Assembly: GCA_021789945.1 (NCBI GenBank)
Contig: JAJYIS010000005.1
Location: forward strand, 1-40,895
Length of the DNA: 40,895 bases
Source: Thermoplasmata archaeon
GTDB taxonomy: Archaea > Thermoplasmatota > Thermoplasmata > UBA10834
Reading direction: 5' to 3'
In this document: positions 17,580 to 25,824 of the stretch, piece by piece
Layout: every line of letters begins with the position of its first letter
Numbering within the stretch: the first letter of the stretch is position 1
Notes under the pieces: model-generated
The model's database searches: none
Seen by the model: the letters and a program-made list of their open reading frames with translations, nothing else
Told to the model about the DNA's origin: nothing
Made by a program: the position numbers and the translations under genes

Positions 17580-19499
17580 ATGAGACTGATGACTGCCAAC
17601 CCCAGCGGGCCGGCCCAGAAGCGCGAGGAGTACTCCAATGGCCAATTCCTGCTCCGCGACTGGGAGTCTCGGTACGCGGACAAGATACGCACGGCGGAGC
17701 GCGCGGTCGCCACGATCCGGAGGGGCGACAAGGTGTTCATTGGCTCCGGCGCGGCCGAGCCTCAGATTTTGGTCAAGTCCCTGATCGAGTCCGCGGGAAG
17801 GCTCGCGGACACGAGGATCATGCACATCATGACCCTTGGGGTTGCGCCGTACACCGAGGAGAAGTTCACCGACCAGTTCAGGCACAATGCGTTCTTCATA
17901 GGCGCCAACACCAGGCAAGCGGTCGCCGAGGGGCGGGCGGACTACACCCCGGTCTTCCTCTCTGAGATCCCGGCGCTCTTCAGGTCGGGCCAGGCGCCGG
18001 TCGACGTCGCGCTCATACAGGTGTCCGTTCCGGACAAGCACGGGTTCTGCAGCTACGGCGTCTCGACCGACGTCGTCAAGTCCGCGGCCGAGTCCGCGAC
18101 GAGGGTGATAGCCGAGGTGAACCCCCAGATGCCTCGCGCGCTCGGAGACTGCTTCATCAACATTGAGGACATAGACCTCGCAGTCCCCGTGGACGTCCCG
18201 CTGCTCTATTCGGTCCGGGAACGCGCCGACGAGGTCGCGCAGCGGATCGGGAAGAACATCGCCAGCCTCATCCCGGACGGGTCCACGATGCAGATGGGGA
18301 TAGGGACCATACCAGACTCGGTCCTCCACTACCTCGGGGACAAGAAGGACCTCGGCGTCCACACCGAGATGTTCTCAGACGGGTTCATGGAGCTCGCCCA
18401 GAAGGGCATAATCAACAACTCGAAGAAGTCGATTCACGAGGGAAAAACGATCGCATCCTTCTGCATGGGCAGCCGCCAGCTCTACGACTATGTCGATAAC
18501 AACCCTGGGATCGAGTTCCACCCGACGGAGTACACCAATGACCCGTTCATAATCGCCCAGAACGACCGCATGATGGCCATCAACTCCGCGATCGAGGTCG
18601 ACCTGTCAGGCCAGGTGTGCGCGGATTCTCTGGGAACGATGTTCTATTCGGGTATAGGCGGCCAGGTCGATTTCGTGAGGGGGTCCGCGCGGTCCAAGGG
18701 CGGCAAACCGATAATAGCGATGCCGTCGACCGCGAAGGACGAGACGATATCGAGGATCTCGGTCCATCTCAAGGAAGGCGCCGGAGTCGTGACGACCAGA
18801 GGCGATGTCCACTATATCGTCACTGAGTGGGGCGTCGCGTACCTCCACGGGAAGAACATACGCGAGAGGGCGATGGCATTGATCAACGTCGCCCATCCCA
18901 AGTTCAGGAACGGGCTCCTCGAGGAGGCCAAGCGGCTGAACTACATCTACAAGGACCAGATGCTCGCCCCGGAGGACGTCAGGTACCCGGAGGAACTCGA
19001 GACCATCATGACATCGAAGGACGGCTCCGAGCTCTTGGTGAGGCCTGTGAAGCCGGTCGACGAGGAGATGCTCAGCGACATGTTCTACGACCTGAGCGAC
19101 CAGACCATCATAAACAGGTTCTTCAGCATGCTGAAGTCCATGCCCCACAGGAAGCTCCAGCAGTTCTGCTGCATAGACTACTCGAGCGAGATGTCCCTCG
19201 TCGCCATCGCTGGCGCGTCACCTAAGCAGAAGATTGTCGGCCTTGGGAGCTACCACCTGAACCCCGCGACCCAGAGGGCCGAGATCGCGTTCCTCGTCGC
19301 TGACGCGTGGCAGGGGAAAGGCATCGGAACGTTCCTGATGAAGATGCTGGTCAAGATAGCGAAGTCGAAGAACATCAAAGGCCTCACGGCGGAGGTGCTC
19401 AGGGACAACGTCGCGATGATCGCGCTTATGCACAAGAGCGGCGTGCCCGCGAAGTCCACCTCCGCGGGAGGATCGTACATCTTCACGATGGATTTCTAA
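17580..19499 (+). CDS. acetyl-CoA hydrolase/transferase-family protein fused to a C-terminal GNAT N-acetyltransferase domain
   Basis: Residues about 1-470 carry the Ach1/Cat1-type CoA-transferase N- and C-domains ('GSGAAEPQ', 'IQVSVPDKHGFCSYG', 'EVDLSGQVCADSLG..YSGIGGQVDF'). Residues about 490-639 carry a GNAT fold ('RAEIAFLVADAWQGKGIGTFLM'). Confidence 0.75.
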   Translation: MRLMTANPSGPAQKREEYSNGQFLLRDWESRYADKIRTAERAVATIRRGDKVFIGSGAAEPQILVKSLIESAGRLADTRIMHIMTLGVAPYTEEKFTDQFRHNAFFIGANTRQAVAEGRADYTPVFLSEIPALFRSGQAPVDVALIQVSVPDKHGFCSYGVSTDVVKSAAESATRVIAEVNPQMPRALGDCFINIEDIDLAVPVDVPLLYSVRERADEVAQRIGKNIASLIPDGSTMQMGIGTIPDSVLHYLGDKKDLGVHTEMFSDGFMELAQKGIINNSKKSIHEGKTIASFCMGSRQLYDYVDNNPGIEFHPTEYTNDPFIIAQNDRMMAINSAIEVDLSGQVCADSLGTMFYSGIGGQVDFVRGSARSKGGKPIIAMPSTAKDETISRISVHLKEGAGVVTTRGDVHYIVTEWGVAYLHGKNIRERAMALINVAHPKFRNGLLEEAKRLNYIYKDQMLAPEDVRYPEELETIMTSKDGSELLVRPVKPVDEEMLSDMFYDLSDQTIINRFFSMLKSMPHRKLQQFCCIDYSSEMSLVAIAGASPKQKIVGLGSYHLNPATQRAEIAFLVADAWQGKGIGTFLMKMLVKIAKSKNIKGLTAEVLRDNVAMIALMHKSGVPAKSTSAGGSYIFTMDF

Positions 19500-19549
19500 A
19501 ACCGTTATCTACCCCGTGACGGATTACGCAGTGGGAGTCACCTGAGTTG

Positions 19550-20389
19550 ATGCTCGGAGGCCATGTATCCATTCTAGGCGGGGTCTCACTGGCGCCAGAA
19601 AGGGCCAGGGCTGTCACCTGCGACTGCATGCAGATATTCTCCAAGAACCAGATGCAGTGGAAGTCGAAGCCGGTCGACCTCGACGAGGCCGGCCTGTTCT
19701 CGGCAAACTCTGAAGAATTCGCAATCCGTGAGACCGTGATCCACGATTCTTACCTGATAAACCTGGCGAGCCCGGACAAGGCGCTCCTGAAGCAGTCCAG
19801 GGAGGCATTCCTGGACGAGATGGTGAGGGCGAAGCACCTCGGGGTGAGGAACCTGATATTCCACCCCGGGGCCCACATGGGCGCGGGGGAGCAGGCCGGG
19901 CTGAAGAGGATCTCGGAGTCGATGAACTGGGCTCGCTCGGAATTCGGCTCGGGGGACGTGTGCATGGTCCTCGAGATAACCGCTGGGCAGGGGAGCGTGC
20001 TCGGTTACTCGTTCGACCAGCTCGCGAGGATCATCAGCATGCTCGACGACCAGAAGAACGCGGGCGTATGCTTCGACACGTGCCACGCGTACGCTTCGGG
20101 GTATGACATCAAGACCAAGGACGGCTACGAGAACACGTTCGACATGTTCGACGAGCTGATAGGCCTCGAGTACCTGAAGGCCTTCCATGTCAACGATTCC
20201 AAGTCGGATATGGGATCCCACATCGACAGGCACGAGCAGATCGGAAAGGGGAGGATCGGCCTCGAAGGCTTCAGGGATCTGATGAACGACAAGAGGTTCT
20301 CGAAGCTCCCGATGGTGCTCGAGACGCCCCTGGGCGAGAAGGGCTACAAGAAGGAGCTCAAGGCCCTCCGCGGGCTCATAAGGAAATAG
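19550..20389 (+). CDS. nfo: deoxyribonuclease IV (endonuclease IV, AP endonuclease family 2)
   Basis: 'GGHVSILGG', 'FHPGAH', 'CFDTCHAYASGYD' and 'HVNDSK' are Zn-binding motifs of the Nfo TIM barrel. ATG at 19550; the track TTG at 19547 is 1 codon upstream. Confidence 0.85.
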   Translation: MLGGHVSILGGVSLAPERARAVTCDCMQIFSKNQMQWKSKPVDLDEAGLFSANSEEFAIRETVIHDSYLINLASPDKALLKQSREAFLDEMVRAKHLGVRNLIFHPGAHMGAGEQAGLKRISESMNWARSEFGSGDVCMVLEITAGQGSVLGYSFDQLARIISMLDDQKNAGVCFDTCHAYASGYDIKTKDGYENTFDMFDELIGLEYLKAFHVNDSKSDMGSHIDRHEQIGKGRIGLEGFRDLMNDKRFSKLPMVLETPLGEKGYKKELKALRGLIRK

Positions 20390-22304
20390 AGATGCCGGTC
20401 TGCTCGACCAGCTCGACGTCCCCCGGCGGGAGGATGCTCTGGATCTCCTCGATCGGGACCTTGAAGTGGTCGGAGAGCCTCCGCGCCAGGTCGTTCTTGT
20501 CCTTCTCCCCGGGGACGATCATCACGAAGCCCGCGCACCTGGAGCGCACCGCCCCCTCGGGCCCGCACATGATCTTCCTGCTCCCCTCGAACTCGATCTC
20601 GCCGATGCCGAGCTTGATCTGAAGCTTGTCGGAGTAGTTCCGCTTCCCCCGGATGACGAACGCGCCTTTCGCTATGTACTCCCCGCTCTGAGGGGTCTTG
20701 CTGACCTGCTCCGGCAGGACCCAGTACCCGGCCGCGGAGCCGATCTTGGCGTTCCAGGCCCTTGAAGTCGCGACAGCGAACTCGCAGGCCTCGTGGAGCG
20801 TCTTCTCGGTCAAGCCCTCCTTCATCTTTACGACGACGCTCGGTGCGCCGTGTATGTCCGCATGAGCGTACCGGTCGCCAGCCTGGAGATGCTTCTTCAC
20901 GAGGATGTCGTTCGACTTCGCGTCCTTGCCCCCGAGGACGATGGCGCCCTCGCTCGAGATGAACCAGCGGAAGCGCTCGAACCAGAACCTCTTCGTGGGC
21001 TTGTGCTCCGCGCTCGTCCTTTCCGCGAGCTTCTTCTCTCCTCTGAGCTGGTCGTCGATCTCCCCCCTCGCGACCTCGAGCGCCTTCAGGAGCCCGTCGA
21101 GCTTCTTCCGGGCGTGCTTCGACTCCTCGTAGTACGTCTGGGCGTTGGACTCGACGCTGCCCTTGACGTCCAGCTCGAGGGTGTTCGTGCTCAGCCTGAT
21201 CTTGAGCCTGCTCTCCTTGGGGTCGAACGAGATGAACCCTGGGACCTCATTGATCCCCATTGATGATTCGAGGCGTGTTCTCGCCGCGACCAGGATGCCC
21301 GCGACCTGCTCGTAGTTGGCGAAGATGAAGTCCCCCATCACCTGCATCTCCCTGGCCTCGTCCTGGAGCCGGATGACAGCGGCCTCCTGCTGGGCCAGCT
21401 TGCGCTTCAGGCGGCCGAGCTCCTGGCCCTGCTCCTTCTTCTCGGGCCTCGAAGGCTTCGGGACCCTCGAGACATAGCTCTCGACGGCCTCCGAGAAGGT
21501 CGAGTAGGACTCCGTCTCCATCCCATCGTATATGCGCATCTTCACGGGGACCACATCCTCAGGCGAGCCTCCCTTCGAGATGAGGTACCCCTTGCCCTCG
21601 GTCAGGATCTCGTTCCTCAGCCCCCTTATGACCTCTAGCAGCCTCCCAGAAATCGCAGGATCGCACTCGCTGGCCTTCAGGGCCTTCGGGAGCCCTGCCC
21701 TTGCGCAGATCTCCTCGGCGTACCTTCCGCCCGTGTTAAGCTTCGTGGCTATGGTCCTGACCAGGTCCGTGTCCGACGAGCGCAGGATCTCGAGGAGCTC
21801 CTCAGGGGACAACCTCTGGGGGTCCGGGACCGGCGGCGGGTACTCGAACGGCCTTCTCGCACGGACGTCCCTGTGCTTCCAAGTATGGCTCGTCAGCGGC
21901 TGGACGATGGTGCCGTCCTTGACGAGGACGATGTTCCCCTCTCCGAAGAGCTCCAGGACGAGCTCGAACCTCTCCTCCTTCTCGAGCCCCAGTACGGCTA
22001 TCCTCTCGAAGCCTGGCTGGCGGATGTCAGCGATGCGCGCGTTCGCGATCCTCTTCCTCAGCATCATGGCGAAATCCGAGGGCTGCTGAGGCGTCTCGGG
22101 CGCCTTCGAGGTGGCGTACAGCCACTTGCCCACCGTGAACACGAGATAGGTCTTCTCCTCCCTCTGCGGCCTTACGGCTAGGACGAGCTTGTCCAGGCTG
22201 GGGTGGTAGACTTTGTCTATGTGGCCTCCGATAAGGCCGCGAAGGTCTTTCACCGCCGCGGTGACGTCGAAGCTGCTGAGCGAGTCCTTCATTGCGCGTG
22301 GCAA
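20376..22304 (-). CDS. NFACT-family protein (FbpA/Rqc2/NEMF homologue, ribosome quality control)
   Basis: NFACT-N N-terminus 'SSFDVTAAVKDLRGLIGGHIDKVYHP', central coiled coil and C-terminal DUF814/NFACT-R. The 3' end overlaps nfo by 14 nt (convergent). Confidence 0.8.
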   Translation of the reverse strand: MPRAMKDSLSSFDVTAAVKDLRGLIGGHIDKVYHPSLDKLVLAVRPQREEKTYLVFTVGKWLYATSKAPETPQQPSDFAMMLRKRIANARIADIRQPGFERIAVLGLEKEERFELVLELFGEGNIVLVKDGTIVQPLTSHTWKHRDVRARRPFEYPPPVPDPQRLSPEELLEILRSSDTDLVRTIATKLNTGGRYAEEICARAGLPKALKASECDPAISGRLLEVIRGLRNEILTEGKGYLISKGGSPEDVVPVKMRIYDGMETESYSTFSEAVESYVSRVPKPSRPEKKEQGQELGRLKRKLAQQEAAVIRLQDEAREMQVMGDFIFANYEQVAGILVAARTRLESSMGINEVPGFISFDPKESRLKIRLSTNTLELDVKGSVESNAQTYYEESKHARKKLDGLLKALEVARGEIDDQLRGEKKLAERTSAEHKPTKRFWFERFRWFISSEGAIVLGGKDAKSNDILVKKHLQAGDRYAHADIHGAPSVVVKMKEGLTEKTLHEACEFAVATSRAWNAKIGSAAGYWVLPEQVSKTPQSGEYIAKGAFVIRGKRNYSDKLQIKLGIGEIEFEGSRKIMCGPEGAVRSRCAGFVMIVPGEKDKNDLARRLSDHFKVPIEEIQSILPPGDVELVEQTGISISL

Positions 22305-22374
22305 TCCCTTGAAGCGCTAATAAATGATGCGCACACCCCTGGTGCTAGTGTCCTGGCGGGCCCTGCCGATAACC

Positions 22375-22384
22375 TTTTAATAGG
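22375..22384 (+). promoter_or_regulatory. TATA-like box (TTTTAATAGG) for tRNA-Thr
   Basis: AT-rich element about 40 nt upstream of the tRNA 5' end. Confidence 0.45.
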
Positions 22385-22418
22385 CAGGCCAAGATGCCTT
22401 GCGGCCGACAGCCGACAC

Positions 22419-22490
22419 GCCACTGTGGCTTAGAGGTATAGCGACGCCTTGGTAAGGCGTAGGTCGAGGGTTCGATTCCCTCCAGTGGCT
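22419..22490 (+). tRNA. tRNA-Thr (anticodon GGU), 72 nt
   Basis: Acceptor GCCACTG/CAGTGGC. Anticodon stem ACGCC/GGCGT with loop TTGGTAA. T-arm GAGGG-TTCGATT-CCCTC. Discriminator T. Confidence 0.85.
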
Positions 22491-22563
22491 CTCTTATTCC
22501 TGCGCTCGGGCTCTCGCTGCCCGTGGTCGGATGCTGGGGGAACAAGGCTTCCGGAGGAGGGGC

Positions 22564-24438
22564 TCAGCTCTCCTCGTCCTTGAGTTCCTTCTCGAGCTCC
22601 TCGAACTCGCGCTCGACCTCAGACGGCATCTCGTCGACCTGCTCCAGCGACTCTCCAGCGCCTCCGCCGCCTCCGATCTTGCTGTTCATCATGTACCACA
22701 CAAGGCCCACGAGGATGATCGCGATGGCGAACAGTATGAGGGTGAGATACATCAGCATGGTCGCGAACTCGTTCGCGTCTTGAGCCTTCGAATCGACCGA
22801 GTTGATGTCGTTCTGCGTCGACTGGTTCATGTTGTTCATCTGGTCCTGCAGGTCGGTCAGGTCATTGTGCACCGACGCGTTTAGCCCGTCTATCTGGCTC
22901 TGCAGGGCTCCCTGGAGCGCGTTCACGTTCGCCGTCATGGCGTCGATCTGCGTCTGGAAGGACACGATCTGCGTAGCAAGGGTGACCTGGAGCGAGGACA
23001 CGTTGCCCTGAAGCGTGGTGATCGTGGTCTGGAGCGCCGTCGCGTTCTCCGCGATCGCCGAGTCGAGTGCAGACACATTCGCCTGCAGGTCGGCCAGCGT
23101 CGCATTGTCGGCCGCTTGGAGGGCGGAGACGTTCTCCGCGAGCATCGTCTCTAGCGCCGTGACGTTCGCCCCAGCCGTGCTTATCTGGCTCTGCAGGATG
23201 CTCACATTCTCCGCCAGGGCGGCCTGCAGGCCGGAGATGTTGGCCGTCATGGCGTCGATCTGTCCCTGGAGCGCTGCTACCTGGTTCTGAAGGTCCGTCA
23301 CGTTCTCCGATAGCGCGGCGTGGAGCACGAGTATCTGGTTCGTCATGTTGTAGATGTCCGTCTGAAGCCCGACTATCTGTCCCTGGAGTGCGCTGACATT
23401 CTCTGCCTGCGAGAGCGTGAGATTGTTGATCAAGCCCATCAGCTCGGATTGGACGGCTGCCAGCTCCTCGGGCGTGACGTAGTTGGGCGGGAGGTATGTG
23501 ACGTTCACCGTCTGCGAGACGGAATTGCCCGCCTCGTCCGTCGCCGCCACGATTACTAAGTTCGGGCCCTGGACGAGCGGTGCGATCGCCGCCCAATCAG
23601 CCGAGCCGTTGCTTGCGAGCACGCCGTTAACGAGCACGGTCGCGCCGGCCTCCGTCGTCCCGGAGACCATGACGTTGGGCTGGCTGACATTCGTGCCGTC
23701 GGCCGGGAATGAGATCGTCAGGGCCGGCGGCGTCGTGTCGAGCACGACCTGAACGATCTGGTCGTTCTGGTTGCCGACAGCGTCGGTCGCGTTGACGTAG
23801 ATTACATTGAGCCCCTCCGACAGCGCGATGCTCACATCGAAGGACCCGTCCGGGTTCGGCGCGTACGCGAGGTCGTCTATCCGCACGGTCGCGCCCGGCT
23901 CCGTCAGCCCGGCTATGTCCATGCTGGGGTTCCTAGTGATGCCAGGGGTCTTGAGGAGCACGAGCTGGCAGTACGTGTCGGAGATGATGATCTTCAGAAC
24001 CGATGCGGTGACTCCGCTGGCGTTCGTGGTCGTCACCGTGGCCACGTTCAGGCCTGATGTGAGGTTCACCGGGAACGCCTCGTAGTATCCCGTGTCGTTC
24101 CCAGTCGTCGTGACATTGCCTGCCGAGGTCTGCACCACGACCTGCGCGAACGGGTCCGTGTATCCGGCTATCATCATGTCGGTCCGGGCGACGGTCGTGC
24201 CGTCCAGGACCGTCAGACCGCTGGGCGGGTCTACCCAGGTTGCGGTGAAGTTCTCGATGATCGCGCTGACGGTTAGGACATGATTGGCGGTGTCAGTCTC
24301 GGTCCGCTCGGCCGGCACTTGATGCACGAGGGCCGCGACCGATGCGCCCATCATCACTGTCATCAGCAGAGCACTCATGCTCACTCGTAGATGCTTGTTC
24401 ATCGTATTGCAGCCCCCGAGATATGTCATGCCTTCCAA
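22564..24438 (-). CDS. membrane-anchored surface (glyco)protein: signal peptide, N-terminal beta-rich domain, long repeat-built coiled-coil stalk, C-terminal TM helix and acidic cytoplasmic tail
   Basis: Signal-peptide-like 'MNKHLRVSMSALLMTVMMGASVAALV'. About 200-aa stretch of imperfect repeats 'ENVSxLQxQIxxxxANVxAL' with more than 15 N-x-S/T sequons. C-terminal 'LILFAIAIILVGLVWYMM' TM helix, then Gly-rich linker and an E/D-rich tail. Confidence 0.65.
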   Translation of the reverse strand: MEGMTYLGGCNTMNKHLRVSMSALLMTVMMGASVAALVHQVPAERTETDTANHVLTVSAIIENFTATWVDPPSGLTVLDGTTVARTDMMIAGYTDPFAQVVVQTSAGNVTTTGNDTGYYEAFPVNLTSGLNVATVTTTNASGVTASVLKIIISDTYCQLVLLKTPGITRNPSMDIAGLTEPGATVRIDDLAYAPNPDGSFDVSIALSEGLNVIYVNATDAVGNQNDQIVQVVLDTTPPALTISFPADGTNVSQPNVMVSGTTEAGATVLVNGVLASNGSADWAAIAPLVQGPNLVIVAATDEAGNSVSQTVNVTYLPPNYVTPEELAAVQSELMGLINNLTLSQAENVSALQGQIVGLQTDIYNMTNQILVLHAALSENVTDLQNQVAALQGQIDAMTANISGLQAALAENVSILQSQISTAGANVTALETMLAENVSALQAADNATLADLQANVSALDSAIAENATALQTTITTLQGNVSSLQVTLATQIVSFQTQIDAMTANVNALQGALQSQIDGLNASVHNDLTDLQDQMNNMNQSTQNDINSVDSKAQDANEFATMLMYLTLILFAIAIILVGLVWYMMNSKIGGGGGAGESLEQVDEMPSEVEREFEELEKELKDEES

Positions 24439-24689
24439 GTGAAGCAGACGCGGGCGTTCTAATCAGGCTAGTCCCTATTTAAGAATATCGCGGGCGGCAT
24501 TGGGAGCGGTTCGGATATTTGGTCATCTGGAATATATCTTGATGAGACTAAAAATCTCGTGCGATTTTCGTACGCCGCATCGTCCCTCGCAGCGGAGGAC
24601 AGCTCGTCCTGCTGAAGCCTCTGAAGATTAAAGTAGAGATTCGCCATTGCCGAGTGGGCGGCGTTCTGCTCCACCCGGGATGAGAGACC

Positions 24690-25697
24690 ATGCCTGCGTC
24701 GCTGAACAGGTTGAGGGAGGATGTCGAGGAGATCGTCAGAGGCGCGCCTGGTCGTCTGGGCGTGTCCATCAGGCTCGTCGGCCACGGCCAGGTCGTCGGT
24801 GTCGAGCCAGACACGAAGTTCCCCCTCGCGAGCGTCTACAAGGTCCCGCTGCTCGCGACCCTGTTCCACCAGGTCCAGTCAGGCAAGACATCGCTCGACA
24901 AGCGAATCGTCCTGAGGGAGATCGACAAATCCCTGGGAAGCAGCGACCTCCAGTACTTCAGGCCCGGGGCGAACCTCACCGTCCATGACATCTGCTACCT
25001 CATGATAGTCCACAGCGACAACACCGCCACGGACCTCGTCCACAGGCTCATCGGGCTGGAGGCCCCGAACGAGTACATGCATGAGCTCGGCCTCACCTCC
25101 GTCGACATCACATGCCCGAACAGGGAGTACTTCCTCATATTCCTCGGCTGGTCCTCGAGGTTCAAGGGCATGTCGCTGGGCGAGATAGCCAGGGCGTGGA
25201 AGAAGCTGCCCAGAGATGAGATCCCGGGAATCTACGAAGAGGTGAGGCGGGAGACCCGTTCGAGGACCTCTGAGGAGGCCAGGAAGTTCGCGACGAAGCT
25301 CTGGGGCATCGCTGACGAGAAGGAGACCAAGGAGATGCGCGACGCGAGCGCCGCGATGGAGAACTTCGCGTCGCCACGAGACATCGCTCTGCTGCACGAG
25401 CTCATAGTCACGAGGAAGATCGCATCGGCGACCCTCACCGACCAGATGATCGAGTACATGCTCCTGTGCGACGCCCGAGAGAGTATCCCCGCGAAGATAC
25501 CCCCGAACGTCCTGGTCGCGAACAAGACTGGGGGCGTCCCGGGGACGGTCAACGACTCAGCTACAATATTCGCCTCGCCGAAGAACACGGTGACATGCGC
25601 GTGCCTGAGCTCGGGCGTGAAGTACTCTGACCGGAAAGAGATGCGGGCGGCCATCGCCGAGATCGGCTTCAGGGCGTACCAGACCTTCAAGAAATGA
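24690..25697 (+). CDS. class A beta-lactamase-like serine hydrolase (no signal peptide)
   Basis: 'SVYKVPLL' (S-x-x-K), 'HSDNTATD' (SDN loop) and 'NKTGGVPG' (KTG) are the three class-A motifs in correct order and spacing. The N-terminus is hydrophilic. Confidence 0.7.
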   Translation: MPASLNRLREDVEEIVRGAPGRLGVSIRLVGHGQVVGVEPDTKFPLASVYKVPLLATLFHQVQSGKTSLDKRIVLREIDKSLGSSDLQYFRPGANLTVHDICYLMIVHSDNTATDLVHRLIGLEAPNEYMHELGLTSVDITCPNREYFLIFLGWSSRFKGMSLGEIARAWKKLPRDEIPGIYEEVRRETRSRTSEEARKFATKLWGIADEKETKEMRDASAAMENFASPRDIALLHELIVTRKIASATLTDQMIEYMLLCDARESIPAKIPPNVLVANKTGGVPGTVNDSATIFASPKNTVTCACLSSGVKYSDRKEMRAAIAEIGFRAYQTFKK

Positions 25698-25730
25698 CCA
25701 CCCCCCTCGACTTATACGTATTATGTACGT

Positions 25731-25753
25731 GCGCGCGCTCAAGACGCGCGCGC
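25731..25753. terminator. perfect 8-bp G/C-only hairpin GCGCGCGC-tcaagac-GCGCGCGC
   Basis: Seen directly at 25731-25738 and 25746-25753. Lies 35 nt after the bla-like stop and upstream of the ftsZ TATA. It is not followed by a T-tract, so a terminator role is uncertain. Alternating (GC)n could also form Z-DNA. Confidence 0.3.
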
Positions 25754-25782
25754 GGGTGGCTAGCGGTCGTGACCATATCCTG

Positions 25783-25790
25783 TTAAATAG
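25783..25790 (+). promoter_or_regulatory. TATA-like box (TTAAATAG) for ftsZ
   Basis: About 38 nt upstream of ATG 25825. Flanked by GTACGT-type palindromes at 25715-25730 and 25807-25814. Confidence 0.5.
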
Positions 25791-25824
25791 CATGAGCGCG
25801 CAATAGTACGTACAGGGATGCACC

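Noticed and set aside
22980-23480. Possible CRISPR-like or tandem DNA repeats inside 22900-23500.
   Set aside because: The periodicity comes from imperfect protein-level heptad/22-aa repeats of the coiled-coil surface protein. Units are degenerate at DNA level, lie in-frame and coding, and have no spacer-repeat architecture. It is not a CRISPR array.
24439-24689. Possible small ncRNA or terminator hairpin AAAATC-tcgtgc-GATTTT followed by TTTT (about 24548-24570) in the divergent region between the surface-protein and bla-like genes.
   Set aside because: The stem is only 6 bp and AT-rich (weak). No transcript end is expected here, since both flanking genes diverge from this region. It could be a regulatory site, but the evidence is insufficient to call a feature.
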